A DNA stretch of 64,000 nt from Eledone cirrhosa (taxonomy: Eukaryota). The notes under the pieces were generated by a model, which was not told where the DNA came from, did no database searches, and saw nothing but the letters and a program-made list of their open reading frames with translations. Shown here in pieces: positions 42,171 through 57,539 of this stretch; position 1 is the stretch's first letter, and each line of letters starts with the position of its first letter. The stretch lies in assembly GCA_964016885.1 (NCBI GenBank), contig OZ024743.1, positions 205,964,001-206,028,000 on the forward strand. The letters are read 5' to 3'. Position numbers and translations under genes: made by a program.

Positions 42171-45100
42171 CTGATTTTTTAAAAAATTATCTCCCCTTGG
42201 ACGGCTGGAAATTATCTCCCCTTGGCTGGAAATTATCTCCCCTTGGACGGCTAGAAATTATCTCTCTTTGGACGGCTGGAAATTATCTCCCCTTGGACGC
42301 TGGAAATTATAGCCCCTTGGAGGGCTGGAAGTTATCTTCCCTTGGAGGGCTGGAAATTATCTTCCCTTGGACGGCTAGAAATTACCTCTCCTTGGACGGC
42401 TGAAAATTATCTCCCCTTGGACGGCTGGAAATTATCTCCCCTTGATTTTTTTTACAAATTATCTCCCCCTGATTATTTTTTACAAATTATCTCCCCCTGA
42501 TTTTTTTTTTACAAATTATCTCCCCTTGGACGGCTGGAAATTATCTCCCCTTGGACGGCTGGAAATTATCTCCCCTTGGACGGCTAGAAATTACCTCTCC
42601 TTGGACGGCTGAAAATTATCTCTCCTTGGACGGCTGGAAATTATCTCCCCTTTATGTCTTCTACAAATTATCTACCCCTGATTTTTTTTTACAAATTATC
42701 TCTCCCTGATTTTTTTTACAAATATCTCCCCTTGATTGGCTGGAAATTATCTCCCCTTGGCTGGCTGGAAATTATCTCCCCTTGGACGGCTGGAAATTAT
42801 CTCCCCTTGGACGCCTAGAAATTACCTCTCCTTGGACAGCTGTAAATTATCTCCCCTTGGACGGCTGGAAATTATCTCGCCTTGGACGGCTGGAAATTAT
42901 ATCCCCTTGATTTTGTATACAAATTATCTCCCCCTGATTTTTTTTTACAAATTATCTGCCCCTGATTATTTTTTTACAAATTAGCTCCGCCTGATTTTTT
43001 TTAAAAATTATCTCCCCTTGGACGGCTGGAAATTATCTCCCCTTGGACGGCTGGAAATTATCTCCCCTTGAACGGCTAGAAATTACCTCTCCTTGGACGG
43101 CTGGAAATTATCTCCCCTTGATTTTTTTACAAATTATCTCCCCCTGATTTTTTTTTACAAATTATCTACCCCTGATTTTTTTTTCCAAATTATCTCCCCC
43201 TGATTTTTTTTTACAAATTATCTCCCCCTGATTTTTTTTTACAAATTATCTCCCCCTGATTTTTTTACAAATTATCTCCCCTTGGCTGGCTGGAAATTAT
43301 CTCCCCTTGGAGGCTGGAATTTATCTCCCTTTGGACGGCTGGAAATTATCTCCCCTTGGACGGCTAGAAATTACCTCTCCTTGGACGGCTGGAAATTATC
43401 TCCCCTTGAACGGCTGGAAATTATCTCCCCTTGGACGGCTGGAAATTATCTCCCCTTGGACGGCTGGAAATTACCTCTCCTTGGACGGCTGGAAATTATC
43501 TCCCCTTGGACGGATGGAAATTATCTCCCCTTGGACGGCTGGAAATTATTTCCCCTTGATTTTTTTTACAAATTATCTCCCCCTGATTTTTTTTACAAAT
43601 ATCCCCCTAATTTAAAAAAAAATTATCTCCCCTTCGCTGGCTGGAAATTATCTCCCTTTGGACGGCTGGAAATTATAGCTGCTTGTAGGGCTGGAAATTA
43701 TCTCCCCTTGGACGGCTGGAAATTATCTCCCCTTCATTTTTTTACTAATTATCTCCCCCTGATTTTTTTTTACAAATTATCTCCGCCTGATTTTTAAAAA
43801 AAAATTATCTCCCCTTGGCTGGATGGAAATTTTCTCCCCTTGGACGGCTGGAAATTATGTCCCCTTTATGTCTTCTACAAATTATCTACCACTGATTTTT
43901 TTTTTACAAATTATCACTCCCTGATTTTTTTTACAAATATCTACCCTTGGCTGGCTGGAAATTATCTCCCCTTGGACGGCTGGAAATTATCTCCCCTTGG
44001 ACGCCTAGAAATTACCTCTCCTTGGACAGCTGTAAATTATCTCCCCTTGGACGGCTGGAAATTATCTCGCCTTGGACGGCTGGAAATTATCTCCCCTTGA
44101 TTTTGTATACAAATTATCTCCCCCTGATTTTTTTTTACAAATTATCTGCCCCTGATTATTTATTTTACAAATTAGCTCCGCCTGATTTTTTTTTAAAATT
44201 ATCTCCCCTTGGACGGCTGGAAATTATCTCCCCTTGGACGGCTGGAAATTATCTCCCCTTGGACGGCTGGAAATTATCTCCCCTTGATTTTTTTACAAAT
44301 TATCTCCCCCAGATTTTTTTTTTACAAATTATCTCCCCCTGATTTTTTTTTACAAATTATCTCCCCCTGTTTTTTTTTACAAATTATTTCACCCTGATTT
44401 TTTTACAAATTATCTCCCCCTGATTTTTTTTACAAATTATCTCCGCCTGATTTTTTTAAATATGATCTTCCCTTGGCTGGCGGAAAATCATCTCCCCTTG
44501 GACGCCTGGAAATTATCTCCCCTTGGAAGGATGGAAATTATCTCCCCTTGGACGGCTGGAAATTATCTCCCCTTGCACTGCTGGAAATTATCTCCCCTTG
44601 GACGGCTGGAAATTATATGCCCTTGATTTTGATTTTACAAATTATCTTCCCCTGATTTTTTTTACAAATTATTTCCACCAGATTTTTTAAAAAATTATCT
44701 CCCCTTGGAAGGCTGGAAATTATCTCCCCTTGGCTGGAAAAAATCTCCCCTTGGACGATTAGAAATTATCTCTCTTTGGACGGCTGGAAATTATCTCCCC
44801 TTGATTTTTTTTACAAATTATCTCCCCCTGATTTTTTTTACAAATCTCCCAGTGATTTTTTAAAAAAAATTATCTCCCCTTCGCTGGCTGGAAATTATCT
44901 CCCCTTGGACGCTGGAAATTATAGCCCCTTGGAGGGCTGGAAGTTATCTTCCCTTGGAGGGCTGGAAATTATCTTCCCTTGGACGGCTGGAAATTATCTC
45001 CCCTTGATTTTTTTTACAAATTATCTCCCCCTGATTTTTTTTTACAAATTATCTCCCCCTGATTTTTTTTTTACCAATTATCTCCTACTGATTTTTTTAA

Positions 45101-48100
45101 AAATTATTTCCCCTTGGACGGCTGGAAATTATCTCCCCTTGGACGGCTGGAAATTATCTCCCCTTGGACGGCTAGAAATTACCTCTCCTTGGACGGCTGA
45201 AAATTATCTCCCCTTGGACGGCTGGAAATTATCTCCCCTTGATTTTTTTTACAAATTATCTCCCCCTGATTTTTTTTTACAAATTATCTCCCCCTGATTT
45301 TTTTTTACAAATTATCTCCCCCTGATTTTTTTTTACAAATTATCTCCTGATTTTTTTTACAAATTATCTCCCCTTGGCTGGCTGGAAATTATCTCCCCTT
45401 GGAGGCTGGAAACTATCTCCCCTTGGACGGCTAGAAATTACCTCTCCTTGGACGGCTGGAAATTATCTGCCCTTGGACGGCTGGAAATTATCTCTCCTTG
45501 GACGGCTGGAAATTATCTGCCCTTGGACGGCTAGAAATTACCTCTCCTTGGACGGCTGGAAATTATGTCTCCTTGGACGGCTGGAAATTATCTCCCCTTG
45601 GACGGCTGGAAATTATCTCCCCTTGGACGGCTGGAAATTATCTCCCCTTGGACGGCTAGATATTACCTCTCCTTGGACGGCTGGAAATTATCTGCCCTTC
45701 GACGGCTGGAAATTATCTCCCCTTGGACGGCTGGAAATTATTTCCCCTTGATTTTTTTTACAAATTATCTCCCCCTGATTTTTTTTACAAATCTCCCCCT
45801 AATTTAAAAAAAAATTATCTCCCCTTCGCTGGCTGGAAATTATCTTCCTTTGGACGGCTGGAAATTATAGCCGCTTGTAGGGCTGGAAATTATCTCCCCT
45901 TGGACGGCTGGGAATTATCTCCCCTTGATTTTTTTACTAATTATCTCACCCTAATTTTTTTTTACAAATTATCTCCGCCTCATTTTAAAAAAAAAATGAT
46001 CTCCCCTTGGCTGGATGGAAATTATCTCCCCTTGGACGGCTGGAAATTATCTCCCCTTGATTTCTTCTACAAATTATCTACCCCTGATTTTTTTTTTACA
46101 AATTGTCTCTCCCTGATTTTTTTTTACAAATATCTCCCCTTGGCTGGCTGGAAATTATCTCCCCTTGGCTGGCTGGAAATTATCTCCCCCTGATATTTTT
46201 TTACAAATTAGCTCCCCCTGATTTTTTTTAACAAATTATCTCCCCCTGATTTTTTTTTTTACAAATTATCTCCGCCTGATTTTTTTAAAATTATCTCCCC
46301 TTGGCTGGATGGAAATTATCTCCCCTTGGACGGCTGGAAATTATCTCCCCTTGGAAGGATGGAAATTATCTCCCCTTGGACGGCTGGAAATTATCTCCCC
46401 TTGCACGGCTGGAAATTATCTCCCCTTGGACGGCTAGAAATTACCTCTCCTTGGACGGCTGAAAATTATCTCCTCTTGGACGGCTGGAAATTATCTCCCC
46501 CTGATTTTTTTTACAAATTATCTCCCCTTGCACGGCTGGAAATTATCTCCCCTTGGACGGCTGGAAATTATCTGCCCTTGATTTTGTTTTTACAAATTAT
46601 CTCCCCCTGATTTTTTTTACAAATTATCTCCACCTGATATTTAAAAAAATTATCTCCTCTTGGCCGGCTGGAAATTATCTCCCCTTGACTGGAAATTATC
46701 TCCCCTTGGACGGCTAGAAATTATCTCTCTTTGGACGGCTGGAAATTATCTCCCCTTGATTCTTTTTACAAATTATCTCCCCCTGATTTTTTTTACAAAT
46801 CTCCCAGTGATTTTTAAAAAAAAATTATCTCCCCTTCGCTGGCTGGAAATTATCTCCCCTTGGACGCTGGAAATTATAGCCCCTTGGAGGCTGGAAATTA
46901 TCTTCCCTTGGACGGCTGGAAATTATCTCCACTTGATTTTTTTTACAAATTATCTCCCCCTGATTTTTTTTTACAAATTATCTCCCCCTGATTTTTTTTT
47001 TACAAATTATCTCTGCCTGATTTTTTTAAAAAAATTATCACCCCTTGGACGGCTGGAAATGATCTCCCCTTGGACGGCTGGAAATGATCTCCCCTTGGAC
47101 GGCTAGAAATTACCTCTCCTTGGACGGCTGAAAATTATCTCCCCTTGATTTTTTTTACGAATTATCTCCCCCTGATTTTTTTTTTACAAATTATCTCCCC
47201 CTGATTTTATTTTACATATTATCTACCCCTGATTTTTATTTACAAATTATCTCCCCCTGATTTTTTTTACAAATTATCTCCCCCTGATTTTTTTTTTACA
47301 AATTATCTGCCCCTGATTTTTTTACAAATTATCTCCCCCTGATTTATTTTACAAATTATCTCCGCCTGATTTTTTTAAATATTATCTTCCCTTGGCTGGC
47401 GGGAAATTATCTCCCCTTGGACGGCTGGAAACTATCTCCCCTTGGACAGCTGGAAATTATCTGCCCTTGATTTTGTTTTTACAAATTATCTCCCCCTGAT
47501 TTTTTTTACAAATTATCTCCACCTGATTTTTTAAAAAATTATCTCCCCTTGGACGGCTGGAAATTATCTCCCCTTGGCTGGAAATTATCTCCCCTTGGAC
47601 GGCTAGAAATTATCTCTCTTTGGACGGCTGGGAATTATCTCCCTTTGATTTTTTTTACAAATTATCTCCCTCTGATTTTTTTTACAAATCTCCCCTTGAT
47701 TTTTTTAAAAAATTATCATCCCTTCGCTGGCTGGAAATTATCTCCCCTTGGACACTGGAAATTATAGACCCTTGGAGGGCTGGAAATTATCTTCCCTTGG
47801 ACGGCTGGAAATTATCTCCTCTTGATTTTTTTTACAAATTATCTCCCCCTGATTTTTTTTTACAAATTATCTCCGCCTGATTTTTTTTTAAAAATTATCT
47901 CCCCTTGGCTGGATGGAAATTTTCTCCCCTTGGACGGCTGGAAATTATCTCCCCTTTATGTCTTCTACAAATTATCTGGCCCTGATTTTTTTTTACAAAT
48001 TATCTCTCCCTGATTTTTTTTACAAATATCTCCCCTTGGCTGGCTAGAAATTATCTCCCCTTCGCTGGCTGGAAATTATCTCCCATTGGACGGCTGGAAA

Positions 48101-51100
48101 TTATCTCCCCTTGGACGCCTAGAAATTACCTCTCCTTGGACAGCTGTAAATTATCTCCCCTTGGACGGCTGGAAATTATCTCCCCTTGATTTTTTTACAA
48201 ATTACCTCCCCCTGATTTTTTTTTACAAATTATCTGCCCCTGATTATTTTTTTACAAATTAGCTCCGCCTGATTTTTTTTTAAAATTATCTCCCCTTGGA
48301 CGGCTGGAAATTATCTCCCCTTGGACGGCTGGAAATTATCTCCCCTTGAACGGCTAGAAATTACCTCTCCTTGGACGGCTTAAAATTATCTCCCCTTGGA
48401 CGGCTGGAAATTATCTCCCCTTGATTTTTTTACAAATTACCTCCCCCTGATTTTTTTTTACAAATTATCTCCCCCTGATTTTTTTTTACAAATTATCTAC
48501 CCCTGATTTTTTTTTCCAAATTATCTCCCCCTGATTTTTTTTTACAAATTATCTCCCCCTGATTTTTTTTTACAAATTATCTCCCCCTGATTTTTTTACA
48601 AATTATCTCCCCTTGGCTGGCTGGAAATTATCTCCCCTTGGAGGCTGGAATTTATCTCCCCTTGGACGGCTGGAAATTATCTCCCCTTGGACGGCTAGAA
48701 ATTACCTCTCCTTGGACGGCTGGAAATTATCTCCCCTTGAACGGCTGGAAATTATCTCCCCTTGGACGGCTGGAAATTATCTCCCCTTGGACGGCTGGAA
48801 ATTACCTGTCCTTGGACGGCTGGAAATTATCTCCCCTTGGACGGCTGGAAATTATCTCCCCTTGGACGGCTGGAAATTATTTCCCCTTGATTTTTTTTAC
48901 AAATTATCTCCCGCTGATTTTTTTTACAAATTATCTCCGCCTGATTTTTTAAAATATTATCTTCCCTTGGCTGGCGGGAAATTATCTCCCCTTGGACGCC
49001 TGGAAATTATCTCCCCTTGGAAGGATGGAAATTATCTCCCCTTGGACGGCTGGAAATTATCTCCCCTTGCACTGCTGGAAATTATCTCCCCTTGGACGGC
49101 TGGAAATTATCTGCCCTTGATTTTGTTTTTACAAATTATCTTCCCCTGATTTTTTTTACAAATTATCTCCACCTGATTTTAAAAAAAATTATCTCCCCTT
49201 GGACGGCTGGAAATTATCTCCCCTTGGCTGGAAATTATCTCCCCTTGGACGATTAGAAATTATCTCTCTTTGGACGGCTGGAAATTATCTCCCCTTGATT
49301 TTTTTTACAAATTATCTCCCCCTGATTTTTTTTACAAATCTCCCAGTGATTTTTTTAAAAAAATTATCTCCCCTTCGCTGGCTGGAAATTATCTCCCCTT
49401 GGACGCTGGAAATTATAGCCCCTTGGAGGGCTGGAAGTTATCTTCCCTTGGAGGGCTGGAAATTATCTTCCCTTGGACGGCTGGAAATTATCTCCCCTTG
49501 ATTTTTTTTACAAATTATCTCCCCCTGATTTTTTTTTACAAATTATCTCCCCCTGATTTTTTTTTACAAATTATCTCCTGATTTTTTTTACAAATTATCT
49601 CCCCTTGGCTGGCTGGAAATTATCTCCCCTTGGAGGCTGGAATTTATCTCCCCTTGGACGGCTAGAAATTACCTCTCCTTGGACGGCTGAAAATTATCTC
49701 CCCTTGATTTTTTTTACGAATTATCTCCCCCTGATTTTTTTTTTTACAAATTATCTCCCCCTGATTTTATTTTACATATTATCTACCCCTGATTTTTATT
49801 TACAAATTATCTCCCCCTGATTTTTTTCACAAACTATCTCCCCCTCATTTTTTTTTTACAAATTATCTGCCCCTGATTTTTTTACAAATTATCTCCCCCT
49901 GATTTATTTTACAAATTATCTCCGCCTGATTTTTTTAAATATTATCTTCCCTTGGCTGGCGGGAAATTATCTCCCCTTGGACGGCTGGACACTATCTCCC
50001 CTTGGACAGCTGGAAATTATCTGCCCTTGATTTTGTTTTTACAAATTATCTCCCCCTGATTTTTTTACAAATTATCTACACCTGATTTTTTAAAAAATTA
50101 TCTCCTCTTGGACGGCTGGAAATTATCTCCCCTTGGCTGGAAATTATCTCCCCTTGGACGGCTAGAAATTATCTCTCTTTGGACGGCTGGAAATTATCTC
50201 CCTTTGATTTTTTTTACAAATTATCTCCCTCTGATTTTTTTTACAAATCTCCCCTTGATTTTTTTAAAAAATTATCTCCCCTTCGCTGGCTGGAAATTAT
50301 CTCCCCTTGGACACTGGAAATTATAGACCCTTGGAGGGCTGGAAATTATCTTCCCTTGGACGGCTGGAAATTATCTCCTCTTGATTTTTTTACAAATTAT
50401 CTCCCCCTGATTTTTTTTTACAAATTATCTCCGCCTGATTTTTTTTTTAAAATTATCTCCCCTTGGCTGGATGGAAATTTTCTCCCCTTGGACGGCTGGA
50501 AATTATCTCCCCTTTATGTCTTCTACAAATTATCTGGCCCTGATTTTTTTTTACAAATTATCTCTCTCTGATTTTTTTTACAAATATCTCCCCTTGGCTG
50601 GCTGGAAATTATCTCCCCTTCGCTGGCTGGAAATTATCTCCCCTTGGACGGCTGGAAATTATCTCCCCTTGGACGCCTAGAAATTACCTCTCCTTGGACA
50701 GCTGTAAATTATCTCCCCTTGGACGGCTGGAAATGATCTCGCCTTGGACGGCTGGAAATTATCTCCCCTTGATTTTGTATACAAATTATCTCCCCCTGAT
50801 TTTTTTTTACAAATTATCTGCCCCTGATTATTTTTTTACAAATTAGCTCCGCCTGATTTTTTTTTTAAATTATCTCCCCTTGGACGGCTGGAAATTATCT
50901 CCCCTTGGACGGCTGGAAATTATCTCCCCTTGAACGGCTAGAAATTACCTCTCCTTGGACGGCTGAAAATTATCTCCCCTTGGACGGCTGGAAATTATCT
51001 CCCCTTGATTTTTTTACAAATTATCTCCCCCTGATTTTTTTTTACAAATTATCTCCCCCTGATTTTTTTTTACAAATTATCTACCCCTGATTTTTTTTTC

Positions 51101-52299
51101 CAAATTATCTCCCCCTGATTTTTTTTACAAATTATCTCCCCATGATTTTTTTTTACAAATTATCTCCCCCTGATTTTTTTACAAATTATCTCCCCTTGGC
51201 AGGCTGGAAATTATCTCCCCTTGGAGGCTGGAATTTATCTCCCCTTGGACGGCTGGAAATTATCTCCCCTTGGACGGCTAGAAATTACCTCTCCTTGGAC
51301 GGCTGGAAATTATCTCCCCAAAAACGGCTGGAAATTATCTCCCCTTGGACGGCTGGAAATTATCTCCCCTTGGACGGCTGGAAATTACCTCTCCTTGGAC
51401 GGCTGGAAATTATCTCCCCTTGGACGTCTGGAAATTATCTCCCCTTGGACGGCTGGAAATTATTTCCCCTTGATTTTTTTTACAAATTATCTCTCCCTGA
51501 TTTTTTTTACAAATTATCTCCGCCTGATTTTTTTAAATATTATCTTCCCTTGGCTGGCGGGAAATTATCTCCCCTTGGACGCCTGGAAATTATCTCCCCT
51601 TGGAAGGATGAAAATTATCTCCCCTTGGACGGCTGGAAATTATCTCCCCTTGCACTGCTGGAAATTATCTCCCCTTGGACGGCTGGAAATTATCTGCCCT
51701 TGATTTTGTTTTTACAAATTATCTTCCCCTGATTTTTTTTACAAATTATCTCCACCTGATTTTTTTAAAAATTATCTCCCCTTGGACGGCTGGAAATTAT
51801 CTCCCCTTGGCTGGAAATTATCTCCCCTTGGACGGCTAGAAATTATCTCTCTTTGGACGGCTGGAAATTATCTCCCCTTGATTCTTTTTACAAATTATCT
51901 CCCCCTGATTTTTTTTACAAATCTCCCAGTGATTTTTAAAAAAAAATTATCTCCCCTTCGCTGGCTGGAAATTATCTCCCCTTGGACGCTGGAAATTATA
52001 GCCCCTTGGAGGGCTGGAAGTTATCTTCCCTTGGAGGGCTGGAAATTATCTTCCCTTGGACGGCTGGAAATTATCTCCCCTTGATTTTTTTTACAAATTA
52101 TCTCCCCCTGATTTTTTTTTACAAATTATCTCCCCCTGATTTTTTTTTTACAAATTAACTCCACCTGATTTTTTTTTAAATTATCTCCCCTTGGACGGCT
52201 GGAAATTATCTCCCCTTGGACGGCTGGAAATTATCTCCCCTTGGGCGGCTAGAAATTACCTCTCCTTGGACGGCTGAAAATTATCTCCCCTTGGACGGC

Positions 52300-53050
52300 T
52301 GGAAATTATCTCCCCTTGGACGGCTAGATATTACCTCTCCTTGGACGGCTGGAAATTATCTGCCCTTGGACGGCTGGAAATTATCTCCCCTTGGACGGCT
52401 GGAAATTATTTCCCCTTGATTTTTTTTACAAATTATCTCCCCCTGATTTTTTTTACAAATCTCCCCCTAATTTAAAAAAAAATTATCTCCCCTTCGCTGG
52501 CTGGAAATTATCTTCCTTTGGACGGCTGGAAATTATAGCCGCTTGTAGGGCTGGAAATTACTCCCCTTGGACGGCTGGGAATTATCTCCCCTTGATTTTT
52601 TTACTAATTATCTCACCCTGATTTTTTTTTACAAATTATCTCCGCCTCATTTTTTAAAAAAAATTATCTCCCCTTGGCTGGATGGAAATTATCTCCCCTT
52701 GGACGGCTGGAAATTATCTCCCCTTGATTTCTTCTACAAATTATCTACCCCTGATTTTTTTTTTACAAATTGTCTCTCCCTGATTTTTTTTTACAAATAT
52801 CTCCCCTTGGCTGGCTGGAAATTATCTCCCCTTGGCTGGCTGGAAATTATCTCCCCTTGGCTGGCTGGAAATTATCTCCCCCTGATATTTTTTTACAAAT
52901 TAGCTCCCCCTGATTTTTTTTTACAAATTATCTCCCCCTGATTTTTTTTTTTACAAATTATCTCCGCCTGATTTTTTTAAAATTATCTCCCCTTGGCTGG
53001 ATGGAAATTATCTCCCCTTGGACGTCTGGAAATTATCTCCCCTTGGAAGG
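52300..53050 (+). repeat. Duplicate of the diverged block ~45640-46360 (offset ~6.67 kb)
   Basis: Shared rare variants GGCTAGATATTACC (~45654, ~52322), ATAGCCGCTTGTAGG (~45867, ~52534) and AATTGTCTCTCCC (~46101, ~52768). Confidence 0.85.
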
Positions 53051-56000
53051 ATGGAAATTATCTCCCCTTGGACGGCTGGAAATTATCTCCCCCTGATTTT
53101 TTATTTTACATATTATCTACCCCTGATTTTTTTTACAAATTATCTCCCCCTGATTTTTTTTTTACAAATTATCTGCCCCTGATTTTTTTACAAATTATCT
53201 CCCCCTGATTTATTTTACAAATTATCTCCGCCTGATTTTTTTAAATATTATCTTCCCTTGGCTGGCGGGAAATTATCTCCCCTTGGACGGCTGGAAACTA
53301 TCTCCCCTTGGACAGCTGGAAATTATCTGCCCTTGATTTTGTTTTTACAAATTATCTCCCCCTGATTTTTTTTACAAATTATCTCCACCTGATTTTTTAA
53401 AAAATTATCTCCCCTTGGACGGCTGGAAATTATCTCCCCTTGGCTGGAAATTATCTCCCCTTGGACGGCTAGAAATTATCTCTCTTTGGACGGCTGGAAA
53501 TTATCTCCCTTTGATTTTTTTTACAAATTATCTCCCTCTGATTTTTTTTACAAATCTCCCCTTGATTTTTTTAAAAAATTATCTCCCCTTCGCTGGCTGG
53601 AAATTATCTCCCCTTGGACACTGGAAATTATAGACCCTTGGAGGGCTGGAAATTATCTTCCCTTGGACGGCTGGAAATTATCTCCTCTTGATTTTTTTTA
53701 CAAATTATCTCCCCCTGATTTTTTTTTACAAATTATCTACCCCTGATTTTTTTTTACAAATTATCTCCCCCTGATTTTTTTTACAAATTATCTCCCCCTG
53801 ATTTTTTTTTACAAATTATCTCCCCCTGATTTTTTTACAAATTATCTACCCCTGATTTTTTTTACAAATTATCTCCGCCTGATTTTTTAAAATATTATCT
53901 TCCCTTGGCTGGCGGGAAATTATCTCCCCTTGGACGGCTGGAAATTATCTCCCTTTGGAAGGATGGAAATTATCTCCCCTTGGACGGCTGGAAATTATCT
54001 CCCCTTGCACTGCTGGAAATTATCTCCCCTTGGACGGCTGGAAATTATCTGCCCTTGATTTTGTTTTTACAAATTATCTTCCCCTGATTTTTTTTACAAA
54101 TTATCTCCACCTGATTTTTTAAAAAATTATCTCCCCTTGGACGGCTGGAAATTATCTCCCCTTGGCTGGAAATTATCTCCCCTTGGACGGCTAGAAATTA
54201 TCTCTCTTTGGACGGCTGGAAATTATCTCCCCTTGATTTTTTTTACAAATTATCTCCCCCTGATTTTTTTTTACAAATTATCTCCCCCTGATTTTTTTTT
54301 ACAACTTATCTCCGCCTGATTATTTTTTTAAAATTATCTCCCCTTGGACGGCTGGAAATTATCTCCCCTTGGACGGCTGGAAATTATCTCCCATTGATTT
54401 TTTTTACAAATTATCTCCCCTTGGCTGGCTGGAAATTATCTCCCCCTGATATTTTTTTACAAATTAGCTCCCCCTGATTTTTTTTTACAAATTATCTCCC
54501 CCTGATTTTTTTCACAAATTATCTCCCCCTAATTTTTTTTACAAATGACCTCCCCTGATTTAAAAAAAAAAATTATCTCCCCTTGGACGGCTGGAAATTA
54601 TCTCCCCTTGGACGGCTAGAAATTATCTCCCCTTGGACGGCTAGAAATTACCTCTTCTTGGACGGCTGAAAATTATCTCCCCTTGAACGGCTGGAAATTA
54701 TCTCCCCTTGGACGGCTGGAAATTATCTCTCCTTGGACGGCTGAAAATTATCTCCCCTTGGACGGCTGGAAATTATCTCCCCTTGATTTTTTTACAAATT
54801 ATCTCCCCCTGATTTTTTTTTACAAATTATCTCCGCCTGATTTTTTTTTAAAATTATCTCCCCTTGGACGGCTGGAAATTATCTCCCCTTGATTTTTTTT
54901 TCCAAATTATCTCCCCCTGATTTTTTTTTACAAATTATCTACCCCTGATTTTTTTTTACAAATTATCTACCCCTGATTTTTTTTACAAATTATCTCCCCC
55001 TGATTTTTTTTTTACAAATTATCTCCCCCCGATTTTTTTACAAATTATCTCTGATTTTTTAAAGTATTATCTTCCCTTGGCTGGCGGGAAATTATCTCCC
55101 CTTGGACGGCTGGAAATTATCTCCCCTTGGAAGGATGGAAATTATCTCCCCTTGGACGGCTGGAAATTATCTCCCCTTGCACTGCTGGAAATTATCTGCC
55201 CTTGATTTTGTTTTTACAAATTATCTTCCCCTGATTTTTTTTACAAATTATCTCCACCTGATTTTTTAAAAAATTATCTCCCCTTGGACGGCTGGAAATT
55301 ATCTCCCCTTGGCTTGAAATTATCTCCCCTTGGCTGGCTGGAAATTATCTCCCCCTGATATTTTTTTACAAATTAGCTCCCCCTGATTTTTTTTTACAAA
55401 TTATCTCCCCCTGATTTTTTTCACAAATTATCTCCCACTGATTTTTTTTACAAATTATCTCCTCTGATTTAAAAAAATAAAATTATCTCCCCTTGGACGG
55501 CTGGAAATTATCTCCCCTTGGACGGCTGGAAATTATCGCCCCCTGATTTGTTTTAACAAATTATCTCCACCTGATTTTTTTACAAATCATCTCCGCCTGA
55601 TTTTTAAAAAAAATTATCTCCCTTGGCTTGCTGGAAATTATCTCCCCTTGGACGGCTATAAATTATCTCTCCTTCGACGGCTGGAAATTATCTCCCCTTG
55701 GACGGCTGGAAATTATCTCCCCTTGATTTTTTTTACAAATTATCTCCCCCTGATTTTTTTTTACAAATTATCTCCCCCCGATTTTTTTTTTACAAATTAT
55801 CTCCGCCTGATTTTTTTAAAATTATCTCTCCTTGGCTGGATGGAAATCATCTCCCCCTGATTTTTTTTACAAATTATCTCCCCTTGCACGGCTGGAAATT
55901 ATCTCCCCTTGGACGGCTGGAAATTATCTCCCGTTGGCTGCAAATTATCTCCCCTTGGACGGCTAGAAATTACCTCTCTTTGGACGGCTGGAAATTATCT

Positions 56001-57539
56001 CCCCTTGATTTTTTTTACAAATTATCTCCCCCTGATTTTTTTTACAAATCTCCCAGTGATTTTTTAAAAAAAATTATCTCCCCTTCGCTGGCTGGAAATT
56101 ATCTCCCCTTGGACGCTGGAAATTATAGCCCCTTGGAGGGCTGGAAATTATCTTCCCTTGGACGGCTGGAAATTATCTCCCCTTGGACGGCTGGAAATTA
56201 TCTCCCCTAGGACGGCTAGAAATTACCTCTCCTTGGACGGCTGAAAATTATCTCCCCTTGGACGGCTGGAAATTATCTCCCCTTGATTTTTTTACAAATT
56301 ATCTCCCTCTGATTTTTTTTTACAAATTATCTCCCCCTGATTTTTTTTTACAAATTATCTCCCCCTGATTTTTTTTTACAAATTATCTCCCCCTGATTTT
56401 TTTACAAATTATCTCCCCTTGGCTGGCTGGCAATTATCTCCCCTTGGAGGCTGGAATTTATCTCCCCTTGGACGGCTGGAAATTATCTCCCCTTGGACGG
56501 CTAGAAATTACCTCTCCTTGTACGGCTGGAAATTATCTCCCCTTGAACGGCTGGAAATTATCTCCCCTTGGACGGCTGGAAATTATCTCCCCTTGGACGG
56601 CTGGAAATTACCTCTCCTTGGACGGCTGGAAATTATCTCCCCTTGGACGGCTGGAAATTATCTCCCCTTGGACGGCTGGAAATTATTTCCCCTTGATTTT
56701 TTTTACAAATTATGTCCCCCTGATTTTTTTTACAAATCTCCCCCTAATTTAAAAAAAAATTATCTCACCTTCGCTGGCTGGAAATTATCTCCCTTTGGAC
56801 GGCTTGAAATTATAGCTGCTTGTAGGGCTGGAAATTATCTCCCCTTGGACGGCTGGAAATTACCTCTCCTTGGACGGCTGAAAATTATCTCCCCTTGGAC
56901 GGCTGGAAATTATCTCCCCCTGATTTTTTTTTACAAATTATCTCCGCCTGATTTTTTTTTAAAAATTATCTCCCCTTGGCTGGATGGAAATTTTCTCCCC
57001 TTGGACGGCTGGAAATTATCTCCCCTTTATGTTTTCTACAAATTATCTACCCCTGATTTTTTTTTTACAAATTATCTCTCCCTGATTTTTTTTACAAATA
57101 TCTCCCCTTGGCTGGCTGGAAATTATCTCCCCTTGGCTGGCTGGAAATTATCTCCCCTTGGACGGCTGGAAATTATCTCCCCTTGGACGCCTAGAAATCA
57201 CCTCTACTTGGACAGCTGTAAATTATCTCCCCTTGGACGGCTGGAAATTATCTCGCCTTGGACGGCTGGAAATTATCTCCCCTTGATTTTGTATACAAAT
57301 TATCTCCCCCTGATTTTTTTTTACAAATTATCTGCCCCTGATTATTTTTTTACAAATTAGCTCCGCCTGATTTTTTTTTTAAATTATCTCCCCTTGGACG
57401 ACTGGAAATTATCTCCCCTTGGACGGCTGGAAATTATCTCCCCTTGAACGGCTAGAAATTACCTCTCCTTGGACGGCTGGAAATTATCTCCCCTTGATTT
57501 TTTTTTCCAAATTATCTCCCCCTGATTTTTTTTTTACAA

